A DNA stretch of 64,000 bases, taken from positions 47,458-111,457 of IMG/VR virus record IMGVR_UViG_3300031521_000025; one strand, written 5' to 3'. Positions 1 to 8,146 of the stretch are shown here, piece after piece. The stretch comes from a virus. Position 1 is the first letter of the stretch; each line of letters begins with the position of its first letter. The position numbers and the translations under genes are program-made. The notes below the pieces were generated by a model. It had not been told where the DNA came from. It did no database searches and saw only the letters and a list, made by a program, of their open reading frames with translations.

Positions 1-2
1 GT

Positions 3-728
3 AATGATAATTCGTTATCAGAATCAGATGGTCTTGCTATGTGGTTTAATACAAACACACCATCTTTAATTATGCGAAATAATGGTGTTAATAATGATAC
101 TAATTGGGGTCTTACAGTATCTAATAATACTTGGTATTTATATACTGTTACTATATCATCAACTACAGGATTACATTTATATCTAAATGGTGTAAATGTT
201 GCAAATAATGCAAATGCGAAAGCATATTCAAGATCAAATAACACTTATTTTTATATAGGATCGGCAGGTAACCCCAATTACTATTTCACTGGTAAAATGG
301 ATGAAATACGTTTTTATAACAGAGTGTTATCTGATATAGATGTTTCGACATTATATTTTTCAACAAAGGATGGAAAAGAAAACCTAAATTCAGTATCAAT
401 AATACAAAACATAGATATATCTCAATCTTTTGATGAAAAAGTTGGATTAATTAGTCCGGTTTTAAACCTTGACGTAGCTCAATCTTTAGAAGAAAAAGTA
501 GGTTTAGTAAGTCCAGTAGTTAATCTTGATATAGCTGCAACATTAGAAGAAAGAACATTAGCTTTTACTCTTATATTAGGGCAAGAAAACGAAAATCAAA
601 GAAATGTAATTCATCATTGTGGAACATCTTCTCAAAATCAATCAAATTCAAACAAAATTTGGATAGATAAAGGTTTTGTGAAAATAATAGCTCAAAGTAA
701 TATAGAACACAGTCAAATTGTTGTTTAA
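3..728 (+). CDS. LamG/concanavalin-A-like domain virion protein (5' truncated by window edge)
   Basis: Frame is open from base 3. WYLYTVT...LYLNG...YIG...FTGKMDEIRFYNRVLS is a LamG-like signature, followed by three ~19-aa repeats (LDVAQSLEEKVGLVSPVVN-like). Confidence 0.75.
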   Translation, partial: NDNSLSESDGLAMWFNTNTPSLIMRNNGVNNDTNWGLTVSNNTWYLYTVTISSTTGLHLYLNGVNVANNANAKAYSRSNNTYFYIGSAGNPNYYFTGKMDEIRFYNRVLSDIDVSTLYFSTKDGKENLNSVSIIQNIDISQSFDEKVGLISPVLNLDVAQSLEEKVGLVSPVVNLDIAATLEERTLAFTLILGQENENQRNVIHHCGTSSQNQSNSNKIWIDKGFVKIIAQSNIEHSQIVV

Positions 729-808
729 AAAAAATAAAAGATTTATTTACTTTTTTGTTTGTTTTTTTTTATATTTAAAATAAAAATAATTACCATATTT
801 TTTAGAAA

Positions 809-970
809 ATGACTTTTAAATATTACATATTACTTTTTGTAATTATAAGTTTTCTTATAATAATTATAGGTTTAGAAAAACAAACTAAAAGTGAATATAA
901 AAGATATTTAAAAAAAGGAGGAGTTTTATCTTTCAAAGAATTCAAAAAAAAATACTATACTGAAGATTGA
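809..970 (+). CDS. small membrane protein (53 aa, not in ORF track)
   Basis: Manual translation MTFKYYILLFVIISFLIIIIGLEKQ...YTED*. It has a hydrophobic N-terminal helix, and its stop abuts the next ATG at 971. Confidence 0.55.
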   Translation: MTFKYYILLFVIISFLIIIIGLEKQTKSEYKRYLKKGGVLSFKEFKKKYYTED

Positions 971-1330
971 ATGAAAATACTTATTGTAGACGACTCTAAA
1001 ACATCCGTAAAACTCATAGAAGAGCTCATTAAACACGCTTTTAGAGATTTTGTATACCAAAGTGCATTTAATGGAAAAGAAGGTTTAGAATGCTATAATA
1101 AAACAAAAGATTTTGACTTAATTATTACAGATTATCAAATGCCTTGCATAAACGGTAATTGTTTAATCAAACAAATAAAACAAATAAACTCTAATATTTT
1201 AAGTATTTGTATATCTTCTGAAAGTTTTATAAAAGATGATGATATATTTGATTTTATTTTACAAAAGCCAATCCATAAAGAAGAATTTATCTCTATTTTA
1301 CAAAAAATAAAAAACAACTATAATGTTTAA
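971..1330 (+). CDS. stand-alone response-regulator receiver (CheY-like) protein
   Basis: MKILIVDD, DLIITDYQMP.NG (phospho-Asp), conserved S and KP. Confidence 0.9.
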   Translation: MKILIVDDSKTSVKLIEELIKHAFRDFVYQSAFNGKEGLECYNKTKDFDLIITDYQMPCINGNCLIKQIKQINSNILSICISSESFIKDDDIFDFILQKPIHKEEFISILQKIKNNYNV

Positions 1331-2363
1331 TACTCATATTCATGTTTTCACAAAAGAAGATGTTCCTTCAAATTTTCTTCCTTTTAAATTAGTAAGAATT
1401 TTAGCAGACAAAGAAGGATACGAAATAATTGCAAGAGTTTTACATAATTTAAATCCTTGGACAAAAAATGATGTATTTGATAGATATTTAGAGTTTGTAA
1501 AAGAGGGAAGACTCGGTAGTCAAACTAACATTTTTGAAGATGTAGCAAAGTTTTATCCAATAGATACAAAGTTTTTTGTTTTACCTATGGATATGGAATA
1601 TATGGGTGCAGGAACTACAGCAAGAGTATATAGAGATCAACTTAAAGAATTAATAGAATTATCTAAAGTTGATAAAAGAGTTGTTCCTTTTGTAATGGTT
1701 GACCCAAGAAGACCAGAAATAGAAGGTTTTGTTTTAAACAATAATTTTGCAGGTATAAAACTATATCCAAATTTAGGATACTTTCCTTATGATAAAGATT
1801 TAATGTGGATATATAATTATTGCAGTAAATTTAATAAACCAATTGTTGCGCATTGCACTCCTGATAATCCAGTACATTTTAAAGGATCAAAACAAGAATT
1901 AAAAGAATTATTGTTAAAATCTAAAGGTGTAGTAAATTTAAAAGGATCTAATCAAAAATTATGTGCTCAATTTATGGATCCTTATAATTATGTTTCTATT
2001 TTAAATAACTATAAAGATGTAAATATTTGTTTAGCTCATATGGGCGGAGAACAAGAAGTTTTAAAATATTTAAAAGGAGAAAAAAACACAATTACAGAAA
2101 AAATTTTAAATTTAATTGTAATGTATCCTAATCTTTATACAGATATTAGTTATACATTATCAAACAAAAAACTATATTCTTTCCTTGATAAATTATTAGA
2201 TGATGATAGATATAAAAACCGTATTCTTTTTGGAAGCGATTTTTATATGAATAAAACCAAAGGAGATGAAACTCTATTTAGCAAAAATATTAAAGAAATG
2301 TTAGGAGATAAAAAATTTGAATTAATTAGTAACACAAATGTTAATAGTTTTTTGAAATCTTAA
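1323..2363 (+). CDS. amidohydrolase_2 family metal-dependent hydrolase
   Basis: N-terminal HIH, GIKLYP, AHC, LAHMGG, YTDIS and ILFGSDF motifs. Confidence 0.85.
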   Translation: MFNTHIHVFTKEDVPSNFLPFKLVRILADKEGYEIIARVLHNLNPWTKNDVFDRYLEFVKEGRLGSQTNIFEDVAKFYPIDTKFFVLPMDMEYMGAGTTARVYRDQLKELIELSKVDKRVVPFVMVDPRRPEIEGFVLNNNFAGIKLYPNLGYFPYDKDLMWIYNYCSKFNKPIVAHCTPDNPVHFKGSKQELKELLLKSKGVVNLKGSNQKLCAQFMDPYNYVSILNNYKDVNICLAHMGGEQEVLKYLKGEKNTITEKILNLIVMYPNLYTDISYTLSNKKLYSFLDKLLDDDRYKNRILFGSDFYMNKTKGDETLFSKNIKEMLGDKKFELISNTNVNSFLKS

Positions 2364-2866
2364 ATTTGTGATTCTAAATATTTCTCTTTGTTAAATTTAT
2401 CTAGCAAGTTATTTAAATTTCTTTTAGAATTTACACCTACTTCATCATGCACAGTAGGTTTTAAATAAGGAACAATAGCAGGTGTCGTTATCATATTTGC
2501 TTTTTCTCCTTTATAGTTATAGTTTACCCATTCTATTTGAGGAACTAAAGTATCTTTATTTATTTTTTCTAAAATTTTAGGAAACAATTTCAAAAAAGTA
2601 GGTAAATCTTGTTTTAAGTTAGAAATTATTTCGTTTATCAACTCTTTATATTCTTTTGAAGTAGCATTATTGTTTGGTTGCTTACAAAGACGAGATAATT
2701 GCAAATTTCTTATTTCTATTCTTGCTTTAAGTATTTTTCTTTCTAAAATTCTTTTTTTTTGTGTTTTATTTAAAGTAATTTCATTTTCTATTAAAATAAC
2801 TTTAGTTTTTGAAAGACTTTGGAGTTGTTCTACTAAAAAGTCTAATTTGTTTTTAACTTTATTCAT
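2360..2866 (-). CDS. hypothetical protein, paralog of the C-terminal domain of 2871..4256
   Basis: Shares LPTFLKLFPKI and LD.FNK..YL with its neighbour. Confidence 0.7.
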   Translation of the reverse strand: MNKVKNKLDFLVEQLQSLSKTKVILIENEITLNKTQKKRILERKILKARIEIRNLQLSRLCKQPNNNATSKEYKELINEIISNLKQDLPTFLKLFPKILEKINKDTLVPQIEWVNYNYKGEKANMITTPAIVPYLKPTVHDEVGVNSKRNLNNLLDKFNKEKYLESQI

Positions 2867-2870
2867 TTTT

Positions 2871-4256
2871 TTAAGCTAAATTTCGGTTTAAATAAGTTTT
2901 TTTGTTAAAATTGTCTAAAACACTTTGCATATGTGACTTAAAATCTTCGCTTATTGTGTCCGTACCTTTTCTTATTCCTAAATACCAAGCAATTGCATAA
3001 GGAATAATTACATCTTTATTATTTAATTGAGTTTTAAACACAAGAGGTTTAGATTTATTTAATTCTTCATTTATTTTAGGGAATAATTTTAAAAATGTAG
3101 GTAAATATTCATTTATATTGTTTTTTATTTCTTTTACAAAATCAATATAATTCGAATGTGTTTCATTATTTTTAATTTCTTTATAAATAGAGTTTAGTTT
3201 TAAACCATCAACTTCTTTTTTTGCGTTTAAAATATCTTGATTTAATTGTTTTTCAAGTTTTTCTTTTTTTGATAGCCCAAAGATTTCTACCAACAAAACT
3301 TCTTTTCCTGTAGTTCTTTCTAATTGTTCTATTAAAATTTTAAGAACAACTTCTTCTTTTTTTAAACTTTTTTGATCACTAAAGTATTTAGAATAATAAA
3401 TATTATAAAGAGTAATTCCTTTACTTGTTAATTTAGATGTTATTCCATAAGAGTTTAATTGCCCTTGAACAACTTTTGCCATCATTGTATCACAAATAAG
3501 ATTAACTTCTTTGTATTTTCCTACATTTACTAAATCAATAGATCCAGAGCATTTAAAAGAAACAGGTTTTACTCCACTTGGAGTTTTAAGATTTATTTCA
3601 AAAGGAGAGCGGTTTGAATATTCTCCTTTTACTACATAAGGAAGATCTTCTTTTTTTACAATATTTTTTTGAACATCTCCAGATAAGTTTTTAATTATAG
3701 CATCTATGTTAATTTCGGTTGTTTTAGGTTCATAGATTTGAACCTTTGCCGTGTGATATTTAATATATTCGTTAGAAACAGCAGATCCTCCTTTTGTTAT
3801 TCCAATTTCTTCATGAGACTTCATATATTTCTCCATACTACCTGTATCATTAGATAGTAAAATTGTTTTAGCAATATCATTATAAACAGGACTCCAAAAT
3901 ATATTTCCTGTTTTTGAATTACCCACTTCACTATCTTTTGAAGAAACTGCAATCGCAGCAGGGTAAATGTTATTATTATATTTACAAGTAAATATCCCAA
4001 AGATAAAAGCACCATATTCAAATTTACTATGTTCAGCTTCAATAATTTTACTTGATATAGTGTCAACAATTTTACTTTTTATATCTTGTTCTATTTCTTT
4101 TTTGTATTTCAAATGTTCTGAATTTAAAAAATCAACAGATACAGAACAGTTATCTATTCTTGTTTTTTTTCTTTCCCAAAAATGTGTATCTTTTTCTTTA
4201 GTTCGAGCTTCTCTCGATGCATCGCGATATTTTAATTCTTTTAAAAGAAGTTTCAT
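2871..4256 (-). CDS. hypothetical (possible internal virion) protein
   Basis: 461-aa ORF starting MKLLLKE; its C-terminal ~160 aa is duplicated in the adjacent gene. Confidence 0.65.
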   Translation of the reverse strand: MKLLLKELKYRDASREARTKEKDTHFWERKKTRIDNCSVSVDFLNSEHLKYKKEIEQDIKSKIVDTISSKIIEAEHSKFEYGAFIFGIFTCKYNNNIYPAAIAVSSKDSEVGNSKTGNIFWSPVYNDIAKTILLSNDTGSMEKYMKSHEEIGITKGGSAVSNEYIKYHTAKVQIYEPKTTEINIDAIIKNLSGDVQKNIVKKEDLPYVVKGEYSNRSPFEINLKTPSGVKPVSFKCSGSIDLVNVGKYKEVNLICDTMMAKVVQGQLNSYGITSKLTSKGITLYNIYYSKYFSDQKSLKKEEVVLKILIEQLERTTGKEVLLVEIFGLSKKEKLEKQLNQDILNAKKEVDGLKLNSIYKEIKNNETHSNYIDFVKEIKNNINEYLPTFLKLFPKINEELNKSKPLVFKTQLNNKDVIIPYAIAWYLGIRKGTDTISEDFKSHMQSVLDNFNKKTYLNRNLA

Positions 4257-4355
4257 TATATTCTTTATTTGTGTTTTTAAATATGATATTTTTAATTATC
4301 TCACAAAAAGTAAGCTAATCATCAAGGTTGAAATAATAAGCTTAAATTAATAGGT

Positions 4356-4907
4356 TTAAATAAGTTTGAAATCTAAATTTGTTTGTTTAAAATGTTTTAA
4401 CATTTTAATTAAAGCTGCGTAAACAAAAGGATCTTGTGCTTTAAGAAAGTTATCTGTCCAAAAACATTTAGCTTCTTTTTCTAGCTTACTTCCATCAGTA
4501 GTAGCTTTTCCTTTTTCTTTGTTTGTTAAATCAACAGTAAACAAATAATAAACAGTATCTGAACTTTTAATTCCAAACATTTCTCCTAATTCAACAATAT
4601 CTTCTTTAGTTATAGAGTAACCAGCTTCTTCTTTAAGTTCTATAATGGCAGTTTCTAAAGGACTATTATTTTTTTCAACACTTCCTGTTAAAGAAGAAAT
4701 AATTTTTTTATTTAAATCCCAACAAGGAGTTAATTCATCTCTTAAAAGAATTTCAAATTTACCTTTTTGATTTCTATATGGTAAAATTACAATTTTTTTT
4801 CCATCACAACTTTTCTCATGACTATAAACGTAACCATTTATTCCTTTTTTTTCATCAACAAGTTCTCTTAACTCTATCCATTTATTGGTTTTAAGGATGT
4901 TTATCAT
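4356..4907 (-). CDS. Nudix hydrolase
   Basis: Nudix box GSVEKNNSPLETAIIELKEEAGY. Confidence 0.85.
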   Translation of the reverse strand: MINILKTNKWIELRELVDEKKGINGYVYSHEKSCDGKKIVILPYRNQKGKFEILLRDELTPCWDLNKKIISSLTGSVEKNNSPLETAIIELKEEAGYSITKEDIVELGEMFGIKSSDTVYYLFTVDLTNKEKGKATTDGSKLEKEAKCFWTDNFLKAQDPFVYAALIKMLKHFKQTNLDFKLI

Positions 4908-5143
4908 TTTTTTATTTTTATTGTTAAACTTTGATTAAAACTATTTTCTTTGCTAAAAAAAACTAATTCGCAAAAATTGTTTATTTTTTTGCAAATTTGG
5001 TAAAGTTCATTGAACTCGTTGCTACTAAAACAACTTGTTGTTAGTTCAACTTCAATAACTTCTTTTTCTAAAAAACAATAATTAAATAAAACTAAATTGT
5101 TTTTGTTTAACCATTCTAAAATAAAATCTAGATTTTTATCCAT
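4904..5143 (-). CDS. hypothetical protein
   Basis: ATGA-coupled to the Nudix gene; TATTTAAA motif upstream. Confidence 0.55.
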   Translation of the reverse strand: MDKNLDFILEWLNKNNLVLFNYCFLEKEVIEVELTTSCFSSNEFNELYQICKKINNFCELVFFSKENSFNQSLTIKIKK

Positions 5144-5255
5144 AATATTTAATGTTTTGTTTTAAATATCAAAAAAAACACATATTGCTGGAAAATAACT
5201 ATAGATTTTTAAAAAAAGTTATAAAAAAAAACTTATTTTAAAATAAAAAAGATAA

Positions 5256-5933
5256 ATGGAAATAAATTATTTTAATTACATTGGACAAGCAGCTGTTTTT
5301 GTAATAACAACTAAAGTTTTAGTTACTTTTTATAAAAACCAAGCAAGTAAAATAAAAGAGAAGAAAGCAAAAAAGCTTCAGGAAGTAGAAAAAGACAAAG
5401 AAATAGAAGATTGGGAAATAGGGGATTTAATTCAAGTATCTCCAGAAAAGTTCGGAAAAGAATTTGTCGAAATTAATTCAAACAGACCAGGTGTTTTGTT
5501 TGCAACATTATCAAAATGGAATAAAGAGAAATGCGAAGCTGTTTTTAATAATGGATTATCAGTTATTTTTTTAATTAACGAAATAGTAGCTAATCATTCT
5601 TTTCTTGCAAGAAAAGATAAAAACCAAATGACAAGTTTTATGGAAAAAACAAAAAACAAACCATTTGATCAATTATTACAAGAATATCAAAAAGAATCCA
5701 AAAATACTGACAAGTTTTCTACAATTAGTGGAGAAATTAAAAGTTTAAACCCAGAAGTGATTCAAAATTGCTCGTTTAATTTTGAAGAAATCGAAGTTTT
5801 AGGAGTTCCTCTTATTGAAATGCATAAAAATGAATTAGATCTAGTAATGGATTTAGCTATTTCTTTTGAAAACTACGAACTCGCAGGCGCTATAAAAAAC
5901 TTTATTGAAGAAAGATTTCCTGAAGTAAAATAA
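5256..5933 (+). CDS. membrane-anchored protein with C-terminal UvrB/UvrC-like (UVR) motif
   Basis: N-terminal hydrophobic helix; C-terminal AISFENYELAGAIKN. Confidence 0.6.
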   Translation: MEINYFNYIGQAAVFVITTKVLVTFYKNQASKIKEKKAKKLQEVEKDKEIEDWEIGDLIQVSPEKFGKEFVEINSNRPGVLFATLSKWNKEKCEAVFNNGLSVIFLINEIVANHSFLARKDKNQMTSFMEKTKNKPFDQLLQEYQKESKNTDKFSTISGEIKSLNPEVIQNCSFNFEEIEVLGVPLIEMHKNELDLVMDLAISFENYELAGAIKNFIEERFPEVK

Positions 5934-5968
5934 TTTTTTTTGTTAAATTTTATATTTAAAGTAAAAAA

Positions 5969-6199
5969 ATGATACTTAAAGAATATAGTTTAAAAGAAAA
6001 ATCCAAATTAGTTAAACTCATTAACTATTTACAACCTTTAGTTCCAGAAGATAGTATGGAAAAAGTTTTAGATTTTTACGAATATTTCGATGAAAGTTTT
6101 TATGAAATTGAAAATATAGCTGTTTATGATGAATTTATGGACAGTTTAAAACAACTAGCTGAGAAAAATACAATTAAATTACCAGAAGAATTATTATAA
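5969..6199 (+). CDS. hypothetical protein
   Basis: ORF with promoter-like TATATTTAAA at 5951. Confidence 0.6.
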   Translation: MILKEYSLKEKSKLVKLINYLQPLVPEDSMEKVLDFYEYFDESFYEIENIAVYDEFMDSLKQLAEKNTIKLPEELL

Positions 6200-6200
6200 A

Positions 6201-6362
6201 ATGTCAAAAATTATAGATTTAGATTCTCTTTCTTTAGAAGAAAAAGAATCTATTATTGTTTTATTACAAAAAGAAATTCAAGAAGAAAAAGAAAAAAAAG
6301 AAGCTGCTAAAAACGTAGCAGCTTACAAAGAACTAATGAGTTGTATAACTAAAAAAAGTTAA
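6201..6362 (+). CDS. small hypothetical protein (53 aa, not in track)
   Basis: MSKIIDLDSLSLEEKES...TKKS*, starting 2 nt after the previous stop. Confidence 0.55.
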   Translation: MSKIIDLDSLSLEEKESIIVLLQKEIQEEKEKKEAAKNVAAYKELMSCITKKS

Positions 6363-6539
6363 TCAACTTTCAGTTTTTATACAAAAAATTAAATAACTAG
6401 TAGCAACAGGTGCTCCAATAGGAACAAGCTTGTCTACATAATAGTTTTGTTCAACTAAATCATCTACAAAAGATTTTAAACCATTAACAGTAATTGTAAT
6501 TGGTTGGTAAATAAATGTTTCTTGTTTTGGTACTGCCAT
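6363..6539 (-). CDS. small hypothetical protein (58 aa, not in track)
   Basis: MAVPKQETFIYQP...CIKTES*; fills the gap downstream of the PolA-like gene. Confidence 0.55.
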   Translation of the reverse strand: MAVPKQETFIYQPITITVNGLKSFVDDLVEQNYYVDKLVPIGAPVATSYLIFCIKTES

Positions 6540-6560
6540 TTTTTATGTTTTAAAGTTAAA

Positions 6561-8093
6561 TTATTCTAAATCTTTCCAATTCTTTCCGAACTTTAAAGAA
6601 GTTTTTGCAATTAATTGCTTTTCAGGTTCTTCTAATATTTTTATTATATCTTCAACAATTTCAGTATTATTTATTAGACTAACACTAAGGTTAAATAAAA
6701 TTGAATCATGTTTTTGTAATAATATTCTATTTGTAGAAGGGTATTGTTGTAAATATTTTTTTAATTTATCTATTTTTGTTATTAAAAAGTCTGCAGCTGT
6801 AGATTGAATAAAGTTATTTAAATAAGCCCATTCTTTTTCTGGATATATATTCCTACCAAAATAATTAATTATTTTATTTGAATTCTTAAACTCTAATTCT
6901 AGTGCCATCTTCGTTTCTTCAAAAGGCTTTACAAACTCTTCTAATTGTTCTTGAAGTTTTTCTTCGTTTAAATTAAAATTTGGAAATTCTCCTTTTAAAG
7001 ATTTTATTGAATTCGAAATAGATTGTCCGTATAAAATACTATAATTGATTCTTTTAGCAACATCTCTATAACTTTCATCATTAAACAACTCTTTAGCTAA
7101 CTTTAAATGAGGATCTTCTGAAAAATCTAAACCACAAAGTTGTCTTAATAAAGAATATTCAAAATAATCATAATCAAATTCTAATAACATACATTTTTTT
7201 TCTGCGATTACTATATCTCTATTGTTTTTAGATAAGTTTTGGATATTAAAATTCTTTTTTGAAGAATATATTCTACCTGTAATTTTATCAGTGCCTTTAT
7301 AAGCTTGTTTTAAATATTCTTCATTTTCTAAGTTATTTAATATACTAAAATAAATATTATCTTCTAAGTTTAAAATTTTTTCTTTATCAATTCTAACTTT
7401 TAAAGAAGATAAATAACTTTCAACTTCATAAGCTTTATTCCAAATGGCTAATGTTTCTTGAGATAAACCAAGATTGTTAAATTTATCAACCCATTCTAAA
7501 CAAGCAACTCCTATATGTAAATCTATTTTATCATCAAATAAATGTAATTTTTTGAAATCTTTTAAAGAAATATAATAGTTTGTGGTTTTTAAATAAGATT
7601 GAAAATAAAAATAATTATCCCAAGAATAAAAAACACAATCTGGAAATAATTCTTTTAGTTGCTTAATTAATTTTTTTGTATTTAAAGTTTTAGCATAAAA
7701 AAAGTTATAAATTTTCTTATCTATATAATAAACTTTATCACCAGATGTTATAGTTAAAAAAAGATCAGTTTCAAAAACAAATACTGATTTTGATAAAGTT
7801 ATGTTTTCAAATTCTAAATAATTTTTTACAATAGTAAATTTTTTTATTAAGTTTTTGTAACAATGATAAAGAAAATTGTTTAAAGATTCTTCATATTTAT
7901 CAGATTCTGTTTCAGAAAATATATAATATACATTTTCTTTTATTTTTTTATTAGAAACATTTAATTCTGGATATAAACCAATAGCTCTATTCATACCTAC
8001 AATTAATACAGGCTTATCTCTATTTTCTATAGAAGTAGAACTAATTGTTTCTAATAAAGGGTGTTCATCACCAACTATATATCCTAAATACAT
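6561..8093 (-). CDS. family A DNA polymerase-like protein (short, no obvious exonuclease domains)
   Basis: TGRI...NIQN, motif A EFDYDYFE, motif B RDVAKRINYSILYG, NNFIQSTAAD, motif C HDS. Confidence 0.8.
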   Translation of the reverse strand: MYLGYIVGDEHPLLETISSTSIENRDKPVLIVGMNRAIGLYPELNVSNKKIKENVYYIFSETESDKYEESLNNFLYHCYKNLIKKFTIVKNYLEFENITLSKSVFVFETDLFLTITSGDKVYYIDKKIYNFFYAKTLNTKKLIKQLKELFPDCVFYSWDNYFYFQSYLKTTNYYISLKDFKKLHLFDDKIDLHIGVACLEWVDKFNNLGLSQETLAIWNKAYEVESYLSSLKVRIDKEKILNLEDNIYFSILNNLENEEYLKQAYKGTDKITGRIYSSKKNFNIQNLSKNNRDIVIAEKKCMLLEFDYDYFEYSLLRQLCGLDFSEDPHLKLAKELFNDESYRDVAKRINYSILYGQSISNSIKSLKGEFPNFNLNEEKLQEQLEEFVKPFEETKMALELEFKNSNKIINYFGRNIYPEKEWAYLNNFIQSTAADFLITKIDKLKKYLQQYPSTNRILLQKHDSILFNLSVSLINNTEIVEDIIKILEEPEKQLIAKTSLKFGKNWKDLE

Positions 8094-8146
8094 TTGCTTT
8101 TTTACTAGTAAAATAAGTAAAAAAAAGCAAAATAGGTAATTATTAC

